64,000 nucleotides of DNA from an uncultured archaeon (GTDB lineage: Archaea > Iainarchaeota > Iainarchaeia > Iainarchaeales > GCA-2688035): the NCBI GenBank assembly GCA_964354805.1, contig CAYHBD010000028.1:3186-67185 (forward strand), given 5' to 3'. The notes beneath the pieces are model-generated. The model did no database searches. It was given only the letters and a program-made list of their open reading frames with translations, and had not been told where the DNA came from. This document shows positions 8,822 to 17,104 of this stretch, piece after piece. Numbering within the stretch: position 1 is the stretch's first letter; each line of letters starts with the position of its first letter. Made by a program: the position numbers and the translations under genes.

Positions 8822-10075
8822 TTGCCTTTTGACGTGAAAGATTTGAGCCTTGCAGAGCAGGGCAGAATGAATATCGAGTATGCTGCCCAGCAGATGCCTG
8901 CGCTTATGGAAATAAAGAAGCGCTTTGAAAAAGAAAAGCCGCTGAAAGGCATTACTGTAGGCATGGCACTGCATGTAACAAAAGAGACAGCCAATTTGGT
9001 CAGGGTGCTTATTGCAGGCGGTGCGGCTGTTGCAATAACAGGCTGCAATCCACTGAGCACACAGGATGATGTTGCCGCAGCACTTGCAAAAGAAGGCGTA
9101 AATGTTTTCGCATACAAGGGAGAAACAAAAGAGGATTATTACAAGTACCTGAACAAAGTGCTTGATTTCAAGCCGAACGCAACAGTTGACGACGGCTGCG
9201 ATTTGATTTCTGAAATCCACTCAAAAAGGCAGGAATTGCTCAAAGGCCTTATTATTGGAACAGAGGAAACCACAACTGGTGTCATTCGCTTGAGGGCAAT
9301 GGAAAAAGACAATGCCCTGCGCTATCCAATAATTGCAGTGAATGACAACAAAACAAAGCACCTGTTTGACAATTTCTACGGCACTGGTCAGAGCACAATT
9401 GATGGAATATTAAGGTGCACCAATCTGCTTTTTGCTGGAAAAAAGGTTGTTGTATGCGGTTACGGTGACTGCGGCAGGGGGGTTGCCCTGAAAGCAAAAG
9501 GAATGGGCGCAAATGTTACTATTTGCGAAACCGACCCAGTAAGGGCATTGCAGGCATGGGGCGACGGCTATAACGTAATGCCGATTGCAGAGGCAGCAGC
9601 AATTGGTGATGTTTTTATTACTGTCACTGGCAACAAGCGCGTTATAAGGATGGAACATATTGAAAAAATGCATGAAGGTGCGATTCTTGCAAACGCTGGG
9701 CACTTTGATGTTGAAATAGATGTTGCTGCATTGAACAAGGAAGCGAAAAGCAAGCGCAGAATCAGATGGCAGTTAGATGAATATGTTTTGCAGAATGGAA
9801 AAAAGGTTTATTTGTGCGCTGAAGGCAGGCTTGTTAATCTGGCTGCCGCAGAAGGCCATCCATCGGAAGTAATGGACTTGAGTTTCTGCGGCCAGGCGCT
9901 TGCAATCGAGTTCGGCGTGCGCAATAAGGGAAAGCTTGCAGCAAAAGTGCATGTTCTGCCAGAAGAAATTGACATGGAAATAGCTGAATTAAAGCTGAAA
10001 GCAATGGGAATAAAAAAAGACGAATTGACAGCAGAACAGAAACGCTATTTGACAAGCTGGGAAGAGGGAACCTAA
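8822..10075 (+). CDS. ahcY: S-adenosyl-L-homocysteine hydrolase
   Basis: 417 aa. EETTTGVIRL, NDNKTKHLFDNFYGTGQS and the NAD-binding VVVCGYGDCGRGVA are classic SAHH blocks. Confidence 0.92.
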   Translation: MPFDVKDLSLAEQGRMNIEYAAQQMPALMEIKKRFEKEKPLKGITVGMALHVTKETANLVRVLIAGGAAVAITGCNPLSTQDDVAAALAKEGVNVFAYKGETKEDYYKYLNKVLDFKPNATVDDGCDLISEIHSKRQELLKGLIIGTEETTTGVIRLRAMEKDNALRYPIIAVNDNKTKHLFDNFYGTGQSTIDGILRCTNLLFAGKKVVVCGYGDCGRGVALKAKGMGANVTICETDPVRALQAWGDGYNVMPIAEAAAIGDVFITVTGNKRVIRMEHIEKMHEGAILANAGHFDVEIDVAALNKEAKSKRRIRWQLDEYVLQNGKKVYLCAEGRLVNLAAAEGHPSEVMDLSFCGQALAIEFGVRNKGKLAAKVHVLPEEIDMEIAELKLKAMGIKKDELTAEQKRYLTSWEEGT

Positions 10076-10077
10076 GC

Positions 10078-10788
10078 CTATTTTATCGCTTCCCACATTA
10101 CCTGTTCTTTTGGCTTTACGATTATTCCGTTGTTTGTTATTTCAAATGGGTGCACGTTTTTGTCGTGGGCTGTTCCCCTCATTTTCCTGATGAAAATGCT
10201 CCTATTTGGCGGAGTGAAGTAAAGCGCTATTACCCCGTCTGCAACGAATTCCTCTATGCCGAAAGCGCTGAACGCTGTTTTGTCTCCAGCTGTTTCTGCT
10301 GTGAAAAGCGTTGTGCAATTCAAGTCCTTCAATTTATCCAAAAAATCAAAAAGCAATGGCCTGAATTCAACTGTTCCCATCCAGACAGCAAAAGCTGTTG
10401 TTGAATCAACCACAAGGCGCTGGGCATTCATTTCCCTGACTTTTCTTGAAATCAATTCAAGCTCTTCCTTTATTTTGTCATTGATATACCTGCCGTTTTT
10501 CGCATAACCAAGATTCATCCTGTAAATGCTCATCAGCTTTTTTTCCTGCAGTTCATGAACGCCCCAGTTGAAGCTAATCATGTCCCACTCAATTGCCTTT
10601 TGGCTGCTTTCAACTGTTACAAAAATCCCGGGCTGGCTGAACTGCTTTGCTCCAGCATAAATGTATTGCATGCTGAAAATAGTTTTTCCTGTTCCACTGC
10701 CGCCTGAAACCAGAACAGCGCTTCCTTTGGGAAAGCCGCCCTGCAGCAATTCATCCAATCCAACAATTCCACTCTTAATTCTTTCCAT
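10078..10788 (-). CDS. single-domain KaiC/RadB-like RecA-superfamily ATPase
   Basis: GIVGLDELLQGGFPKGSAVLVSGGSGTGKT Walker A context, 236 aa. Confidence 0.75.
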   Translation of the reverse strand: MERIKSGIVGLDELLQGGFPKGSAVLVSGGSGTGKTIFSMQYIYAGAKQFSQPGIFVTVESSQKAIEWDMISFNWGVHELQEKKLMSIYRMNLGYAKNGRYINDKIKEELELISRKVREMNAQRLVVDSTTAFAVWMGTVEFRPLLFDFLDKLKDLNCTTLFTAETAGDKTAFSAFGIEEFVADGVIALYFTPPNRSIFIRKMRGTAHDKNVHPFEITNNGIIVKPKEQVMWEAIK

Positions 10789-10956
10789 TAAAACCAGAAA
10801 TATAAAGGTTATTGTTATTAAAAAAAGTTTCCATTGCCTCCAAAGCGTGTTGAATGAGTGATGCTTTTTAAAAGCAAAATTTATGGCAAATTATTTATTG
10901 TTCAACACGCTTTCCGAAAGAAAAGCATTAAATAGTGTAGGAACCTATCTTTTTCT

Positions 10957-11832
10957 ATGCCTTCTATTGAAGAAAACATGCCTGAGGCAGGGCTATCGGA
11001 AGATAGCGAAATTGGCTCAATACAATCCAGCGAGCCATCGGAAGAAGCTGGAATTGAACAGCCAATCACGCAATCCGCTGAACCACAGGCAGGCTTAGGG
11101 CAGTTTAATCTGGTTGATTTGATTGAGCAGCCTGCCTGGAAAACGATTCTGATTGATCTGGTTAAAAGCAACAAAATGGACCCATGGGATATTGACATTG
11201 TTGATTTGGCGAACAAGTACTGGCTGAAGATTCAGAACCTGCAGAGGGGAGATTTGAGAATTCCTGCAAACGCAATCCTTGCGGCAGCGATTCTGCTTAA
11301 ATTGAAGGCGAGGACAATAAAGCTGAGCAAAATAGATGAGGAGGAAGAGGAAACAAAGGAAATAAGCAAGGAAGAACTGGCGCTGATTGAGGAAAGCATT
11401 CCGCAGCTTTCAGGCCAGAGGCAGTTCAGGGAGGGAAAAATTGGCCTGGATGAATTAGTGCTTTCAATTGAGAACATTTTGCTCAAAACAAAAAGCAGGC
11501 AGTCAATCCTGAGGCAGAAGGAGATTCCGGAGTTCAAGTTCTTTGTTGGAGAGGGAAACATTGACGAAAAAATCGCTGCTGTTTTCAAAAAAATAAGCGA
11601 AAGGGCAGACAGCCAGGGTCTGGTAATGTTTACCGCCCTGCTTGACGAAAAAACCCCATTGGAAATGGTGAACTGCTTTATTCCACTGCTTTTCCTCGTA
11701 AACAAGGGCAAGGTCAACGCATGGCAGGAAGAATGGTTCGGGGAAATATTCATTTCGCTGATGAAGGAAATGGAAGAACAAAAAGAAGAAGAGCCTGAAA
11801 AGAAGAAAGGCAAGGCAAAGAAAAAGAATTAA
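10957..11832 (+). CDS. scpA: segregation and condensation protein A (kleisin) with Lys-rich C-terminal tail
   Basis: KMDPWDIDIVDLANKYWLKIQNL..IPANAILAAAILLKLKA matches the ScpA N-terminal block. The tail is EEPEKKKGKAKKKN. Confidence 0.7.
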   Translation: MPSIEENMPEAGLSEDSEIGSIQSSEPSEEAGIEQPITQSAEPQAGLGQFNLVDLIEQPAWKTILIDLVKSNKMDPWDIDIVDLANKYWLKIQNLQRGDLRIPANAILAAAILLKLKARTIKLSKIDEEEEETKEISKEELALIEESIPQLSGQRQFREGKIGLDELVLSIENILLKTKSRQSILRQKEIPEFKFFVGEGNIDEKIAAVFKKISERADSQGLVMFTALLDEKTPLEMVNCFIPLLFLVNKGKVNAWQEEWFGEIFISLMKEMEEQKEEEPEKKKGKAKKKN

Positions 11833-11898
11833 AAAGAAGAAAAGCCAATCCAAAGGTTTAAATTGTTTAAAGGCATTGATTTTATTGGTGAATCGAGA

Positions 11899-12084
11899 AT
11901 GGCAAAACCGGTTATACGACGTAGGCTAAGAAAAGCGAGAACCTTTGCAGACTATAAAGCAGAGGCAGCTAAAAGGCTTATGAATGCAAAACCAGGGACA
12001 ATGTTTCTAATTGGAGGGCATAGGTTTATCAGGCTGGAACGAAAGGGAAAAGAAAATGATGTTATTGGAGTCAGGTTAGATTGA
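11899..12084 (+). CDS. small basic hypothetical protein (61 aa)
   Basis: ATG at 11899 preceded by GGTGA 7 nt upstream, in frame with tracked ORF 11863-12084. No family recognised. Confidence 0.45.
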   Translation: MAKPVIRRRLRKARTFADYKAEAAKRLMNAKPGTMFLIGGHRFIRLERKGKENDVIGVRLD

Positions 12085-12132
12085 TCTGCCTCAATTTATT
12101 ATTTATAAAAACTTCTAAACCTTTCTTTTTCT

Positions 12133-12765
12133 ATGAGTAAAGCAATTGCCCTTGTTTCAGGCGGCATTGACAGCGCTGTTGCAGCAGCCCTTGCATTGGA
12201 GCAGGACATGCAGCCTGTTTTCCTGCATTTTGACACAGTGCCTCTTGGTAACACAAAGGGCAGGGAGAAAACAATTCTGCTTGCAAGGCACCTGGCTCAG
12301 CGGTTTGGAAAAAAAATAAAAGTAATAATTGCCCCGCACGGAAACATTTTGTTTGCCATCGCCAAAAACTGCGACAGAAAGTATGGCTGCGTTCTTTGCA
12401 GGAGAATGATGCTCAGGATAGCTGAGAGAATTGCGAAAAAAGAGAAAGCAGTCGCTCTGCTTACCGGAGAAAGCCTTGGGCAGGTTGCATCTCAAACGCT
12501 TGCGAACTTGAATACAGAGCACTCGGCTGTTTCAATCCCAATCATCAGGCCTCTGCTCAGCTTGGACAAGCTGCAGATTGAGAAACTGGCGAAAAAATTC
12601 GGAACATTTGAAACAAGCATCCTGCCATCAGCCTGCTGCAGCATTCCATCAAAGCCTGCAACAAAGGCAAGCGCAGCACTCATAGGGGAAGAGGAAAAAA
12701 AGCTGGATGTTAAAAAACTGGTTGAAAATGCAGTGCAAAAAATTGAGAAAAAAACGATTTGTTAA
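12133..12765 (+). CDS. thiI: stand-alone ThiI-type PP-loop ATP pyrophosphatase domain (tRNA 4-thiouridine synthase catalytic module, no THUMP domain)
   Basis: SGGIDS PP-loop (ALVSGGIDSAVAA), TGESLGQVASQTL, IIRPLL and LPSACCSIPSKP are ThiI catalytic-domain blocks. Only 210 aa. Confidence 0.75.
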   Translation: MSKAIALVSGGIDSAVAAALALEQDMQPVFLHFDTVPLGNTKGREKTILLARHLAQRFGKKIKVIIAPHGNILFAIAKNCDRKYGCVLCRRMMLRIAERIAKKEKAVALLTGESLGQVASQTLANLNTEHSAVSIPIIRPLLSLDKLQIEKLAKKFGTFETSILPSACCSIPSKPATKASAALIGEEEKKLDVKKLVENAVQKIEKKTIC

Positions 12766-12882
12766 AATTTATCCGTTTGCATGAAACACATTCAGCAGCA
12801 CTGGTTCCGGATTAAACATAACTTTAAATACAAGAAATCCGTTATTATAACCAAATTCTCTAAACGCAAAGGAGGTGAAAAA

Positions 12883-13554
12883 TTGCTTAACATACTATTA
12901 AACCCAGTTCAGGCAATCCAGGAGGCAAAAACAGAGAAAAACTTGGTGAAATCCATTATTGTTACACTATTGACTGGTGTTGTGCTTGCAATTATGTTCG
13001 CAATAGCTGGTGCTAGCGTTATGAGCACATTCGGCGCCGCAGCTGCAGAAACAGGGGCAATAGCAATCGCGATAATCTGTGTAGTAATAGTAGTAACAGT
13101 ATTGATTACAACGTTAATAATGGGCTTTATCACAGGCAAAGTGGCATCGCTATTGGGCGGAACAGGGTGCTTTTTCGAAGGGGTCACTTCACTTGCATAC
13201 AGCAGCTTTATCCTTTCGGTTGGCATATTGATTGCAGCAGTTGTCTTTTTAATTGCCGCATTGATTGGATCAGCCATAGCATCCGTTGGATTAATACTAG
13301 CTGGACCAATTGTAACATTCATTGGATTAGTGATAACAATAATCATTATTGTACTAGCGATTGCAATGAGCGTTGCCGTGTTTTTTAGGGCAGCAAAAGA
13401 ATTGTTCAACATCGACTATATAACAGTATTACTTGTAACAACAACCCTACAACTTGCAGTAACAGTTATCGCGTGGTTCTTTATAATGACAACGGTCATT
13501 GGGACTATTAGCACTATAGGCAGGATGTTTGGAACTGGCGGTTTGCCTCTTTAA
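12883..13554 (+). CDS. Yip1-like polytopic membrane protein (tentative)
   Basis: GGAGGTGA then TTG at 12883, in frame with tracked ORF 12781-13554. About 5 TM helices after an N-terminal LNPVQAIQEAK segment. Confidence 0.5.
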   Translation: MLNILLNPVQAIQEAKTEKNLVKSIIVTLLTGVVLAIMFAIAGASVMSTFGAAAAETGAIAIAIICVVIVVTVLITTLIMGFITGKVASLLGGTGCFFEGVTSLAYSSFILSVGILIAAVVFLIAALIGSAIASVGLILAGPIVTFIGLVITIIIIVLAIAMSVAVFFRAAKELFNIDYITVLLVTTTLQLAVTVIAWFFIMTTVIGTISTIGRMFGTGGLPL

Positions 13555-13729
13555 AAAAATTGCCCGCCTTTTTTTCTTTTTTTTCTTCCATTATACAGTA
13601 AAAGACATAATTATTTGAACAATGGATTGTCTTTTACTTATAGCAAATGAGCAATAAATGTTCAATTATTAATGTCATTCGCTATAGTTAAATACCTCTC
13701 TGGCTTTTGTTTTTACCGAGGCTACAAAA

Positions 13730-14836
13730 ATGCGTTCCTTTAAATTGGGCAGGCTTTTCGGCATTAGCATTGAATTGCACAGCACTTTTGTCTTGCTTGC
13801 AATAATTGTGGCCGCACTGCTTCTTTTAACCCAGCCCCAGAATTTTCTGCCGACAATTATTTTGTTCTTTTTCCTTTTCCTAACTGTTTTTTTCCACGAG
13901 CTAATGCACAGCGTTGTTGCAATGCAGAAAGGCTGCAAGGTCGAGAAAATAATCCTGCTGCCAATCGGCGGCATCTCAGTTTCGGAGGAACTGCCTGAAA
14001 AGCCGGCTGACGAGTTCCTGATTGCCGTGGTCGGGCCATTATTCAATTTCATTGTCGCAGCTGCAATACTTTTGTTAGTGCATTTTGCGCACGCACCCTT
14101 TCCCCAGAACTGGCTGCAGTTGTTTTTCTTCTCTCCAATGAAATTTGAGGAAGCACTGCTTGCTTATCCATTACTTGGCTTGTTTTATGTAAACCTTTTG
14201 CTGGGCGCATTTAATCTTTTCCTTCCAGCACTGCCGCTTGACGGCGGCAGGGTTGCAAGGGCAATCCTCGCATCAATATTTGGCTTCAAGAAAGCAACGG
14301 ACATGATAACAAAGCTGAGCGTTTTTGTCGCAATCTTCTTGTTTTTGCTCGGCTTCTTCAGCGGAAGCATTTTGATTGCAGTGATTGCTGTATTCATTTA
14401 CTTTGGCGCGAAACAGGAGCAGGAAGCCGCTGCAATGAAGCAAGCACTTGAGCGAGAAACAATCAAATCATTGATAAACAAAAAGCCGTTCATTGCAAAA
14501 GGCAGCGCAACTGTTGCAGAAATTGCCGCATTGATGCAAAAAAGGAACCAACTGCATTTCCTTGTCCAGCTTGAAAAAAATAAATTTGGATTAATTGGCA
14601 TTGATTCAATTGTATCAATTGATAAAAGCAAGTGGCATGAAACAAAAGCTGAAAGCGTTTGCAAGCCAGTGAATGCAGTGAATGAAAACGCGCCGGCATC
14701 GGAAGTTGCAGTTAAACTGTTCGGAAAAGGTATTGCAATGCTGCCTGTGGCAAGAAAAGGCAAATTCATTGGAGTAATCGAAGCAAGGGAATTGCAGAAA
14801 AGGGTTGAATTGAACAAGGTAGTGGAAAAGAAATAA
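13730..14836 (+). CDS. site-2 protease (M50) family metalloprotease with C-terminal CBS pair
   Basis: HELMHSVVA (HExxH) in a TM helix, LPALPLDGGRV motif, and a C-terminal CBS-like region. Confidence 0.8.
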   Translation: MRSFKLGRLFGISIELHSTFVLLAIIVAALLLLTQPQNFLPTIILFFFLFLTVFFHELMHSVVAMQKGCKVEKIILLPIGGISVSEELPEKPADEFLIAVVGPLFNFIVAAAILLLVHFAHAPFPQNWLQLFFFSPMKFEEALLAYPLLGLFYVNLLLGAFNLFLPALPLDGGRVARAILASIFGFKKATDMITKLSVFVAIFLFLLGFFSGSILIAVIAVFIYFGAKQEQEAAAMKQALERETIKSLINKKPFIAKGSATVAEIAALMQKRNQLHFLVQLEKNKFGLIGIDSIVSIDKSKWHETKAESVCKPVNAVNENAPASEVAVKLFGKGIAMLPVARKGKFIGVIEARELQKRVELNKVVEKK

Positions 14837-14864
14837 AAAGTGCTTTGAACACAATTTCTTTAAA

Positions 14865-15020
14865 GCCGGCGTGGCTGAGTGGTTGAAGGTGCTCCGCTCG
14901 AAAGGCCTTTTCTTTAAAAAAGAAAAGCCCTGGGAAAAGAAAGCAATGCCAATGCATTGCAAAAACATGAGAGACGGAGTAGGTCGAAAGGCCTCGCAGG
15001 TTCAAATCCTGCCGCCGGCG
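14865..15020 (+). tRNA. tRNA-Ser(CGA) with a 71-nt intron at the canonical 37/38 position (14903-14973)
   Basis: Acceptor GCCGGCG/CGCCGGC. Anticodon stem CTCCG/CGGAG with loop CTCGAA|..|A. Long variable arm AGGTC-GAAA-GGCCT. T arm GCAGG-TTCAAAT-CCTGC. Discriminator G. Bulge-helix-bulge: C32-G, U33-A, C34-G, G35.U flanked by 3-nt bulges AAA and AGA. Confidence 0.8.
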
Positions 15021-15048
15021 CATCTTTTCTTTAGGAAAGAAAAGATGC
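15020..15048 (+). repeat. hairpin module GCATCTTTTCTTTAGGAAAGAAAAGATGC abutting the tRNA-Ser 3' end
   Basis: 12-bp stem. The core CTTTTCTT..AAGAAAAG is also present inside both tRNA introns (14904-14929, 52222-52248). Confidence 0.8.
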
Positions 15049-15120
15049 ATCAAAAGAAATCGCTTCGCAAAAGCCTTTTATTCAAATAAGAATAATGGGG
15101 CAAAGGACAAGGTATTTTAT

Positions 15121-15570
15121 TTGCAGCGCAGCATAAAGTGTTCAGTGGTTTGGTTGGCTGATGACTGCATTTTCTGCAAAATCGCGAAAGGCGAAATTCC
15201 CAGCACAAAACTGTATGAGGATGCTGCTGTTTTGAGCTTTTTGGATATCATGCCAGCGGCAAAAGGCCATGCGCTTGTAATCCCAAAAAAACATTATCAC
15301 ACCCTGCTGGACATTCCGCATGAAGAGCTGCGTGAAATAATGGCTGTCGTGCAGAAGGTTGCTGCTGCAATAATGGCAACCTGCGATGCAACAGGTTTCA
15401 ATGTGATTCAGTCAAACAACAAAGTTGCAGGACAGGTTATAGCGCATTTGCACTTCCACATTATTCCGAGAAAGGAGGGAGACAGGCTGCACTTTGAGTG
15501 GGAGCAGGGGAAAGCTGAGAAAGAAGAACTGCAAAGATACGCTGCGCTGGTGAAAAAGAAAATAAATTAG
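15121..15570 (+). CDS. HIT-family (HINT-like) nucleotide hydrolase
   Basis: DCIFCKI and histidine triad HLHFHIIPR. The true start is probably the in-frame TTG at 15154 (MADDCIFCKI). Confidence 0.85.
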   Translation: MQRSIKCSVVWLADDCIFCKIAKGEIPSTKLYEDAAVLSFLDIMPAAKGHALVIPKKHYHTLLDIPHEELREIMAVVQKVAAAIMATCDATGFNVIQSNNKVAGQVIAHLHFHIIPRKEGDRLHFEWEQGKAEKEELQRYAALVKKKIN

Positions 15571-15573
15571 CTG

Positions 15574-17049
15574 TTAAATCTTTTTGAAAAGCACAGCGCC
15601 CTTCTTGACTTTTGTGCCTGCTTTGAGCAGATTGAATTTGCAGTCTTGCAGCAGGCCTGCTTTTACTCCGAGCTGGCTGTTTATTTTCTCGCTTGTTGCA
15701 GGAATAAAAGGCTGCAGGAGAATGCTGATTATTCTGATTGAGTCTGCAAGAGAATAAAGGACGTTATCAAGGCCTTTGCCCTTCAGCTTCCAGGGTTCTT
15801 TCTCATTGACAAATTGGTTGCAGGCGCTTGCGAAAGAGAATATTTCAGCAAGGGCATGGTGCAACTCCAGTTTTTGCATGTGTTTTTCAATTTTTCCCAA
15901 ATTAAGTTTTTTTTGCAGACCAGGGTCAGCGCTTCCCTTGGGAATTGCGCCCTTGCAGTATTTTTCAATCATTACAATCGCCCTGTTCACCAGGTTGCCT
16001 AACTCGTTTGCAAGCTCGTTGTTCAAGCGCTCTTTGAGGGCTTCTTCCGAGAAATTGCCGTCCTCTCCAAAAGGGATTTCCCTCAGCAGGAAATAGCGCA
16101 GGGCATCTGCGGAGTATGTCTCAGCTAAATTTAGTGGGTCGATTGTTATTCCCCTCGCCTTGCTTAGTTTTTCTCCCTTTAAATTTATAAAGCCGTGGAC
16201 AATAACTTTTGGCAGTGCAATCCCCAAAGAGAGAAGCAGTGTTTTCCAAATAACGCTGTGATGCCAATTGATGTCACTGCCAATCACATGAGTTGCTGGC
16301 CAAAATTTTTTGAATTTTTCATTTGGGTAATCTACTGTTGATAAATAATTTATCAAAGCATCCACCCAAACTGTGACAGTGAGGTTTTTATCGAAAGGCA
16401 AAGGAATCCCCCATGTCACTTTTTCTCGGCTAATACTTAAATCCTTTAAAGGCTCGTTCAGCCTGTTTAGCAACTCGTTTCTTTTTTTATCAGGCCATAG
16501 GGCGTCAGGGTTGTTTTTGATGTGCTCAACAAGCGTTTCCTTGTATTTGCTCATTCTAAAGAAATAACTTTTCTCTTTTACCGTTTCAACTTCTTTTTTA
16601 TGAATTGGGCATTTCCCTTCAACTAAATCTTTTTCAGTGTAGAATGTTTCACAGTCAACACAATAGGCGCCCTCGTATTCGCCTTGATAGATGTCCCCCT
16701 TTTCATAGAGAGCCCTTAATAGTTCAACAACCACTTTTTCGTGCCTTTTTTCAGTTGTCATAATAAAATCATCGTGGGAGATATTGAGCGCTTTGCACAA
16801 GTCTCTGAACATGGCTGATATCTCTTCAACAAAAACGCTTGGCTCTTTTCCAGCTTTTTCTGCAGCCCTCTGAATCTTTAAGCCGTGGCAATCAGTTCCA
16901 GTGCTGAAATACACTTCATATCCTTCAAGCCGCTTCCATCGTGCAAGCACATCAGTAACAATTTTCTCATACGCATGCCCCAAATGGAAACGGGAAGAGG
17001 GGTAATCTATAGCAGTACTTATGAAAAACGTTTTTGGCATTTGCAACAC
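15574..17049 (-). CDS. metG: methionyl-tRNA synthetase (short form)
   Basis: HLGH (HIGH) motif, zinc knuckle CVDCETF..CPIH and KLSKARG (KMSKS). 491 aa. Confidence 0.92.
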   Translation of the reverse strand: MLQMPKTFFISTAIDYPSSRFHLGHAYEKIVTDVLARWKRLEGYEVYFSTGTDCHGLKIQRAAEKAGKEPSVFVEEISAMFRDLCKALNISHDDFIMTTEKRHEKVVVELLRALYEKGDIYQGEYEGAYCVDCETFYTEKDLVEGKCPIHKKEVETVKEKSYFFRMSKYKETLVEHIKNNPDALWPDKKRNELLNRLNEPLKDLSISREKVTWGIPLPFDKNLTVTVWVDALINYLSTVDYPNEKFKKFWPATHVIGSDINWHHSVIWKTLLLSLGIALPKVIVHGFINLKGEKLSKARGITIDPLNLAETYSADALRYFLLREIPFGEDGNFSEEALKERLNNELANELGNLVNRAIVMIEKYCKGAIPKGSADPGLQKKLNLGKIEKHMQKLELHHALAEIFSFASACNQFVNEKEPWKLKGKGLDNVLYSLADSIRIISILLQPFIPATSEKINSQLGVKAGLLQDCKFNLLKAGTKVKKGAVLFKKI

Positions 17050-17104
17050 TTAAAATAATCTGCACACATAACGTCTTAAATATTATTATAAACCAATGCC
17101 GCTC

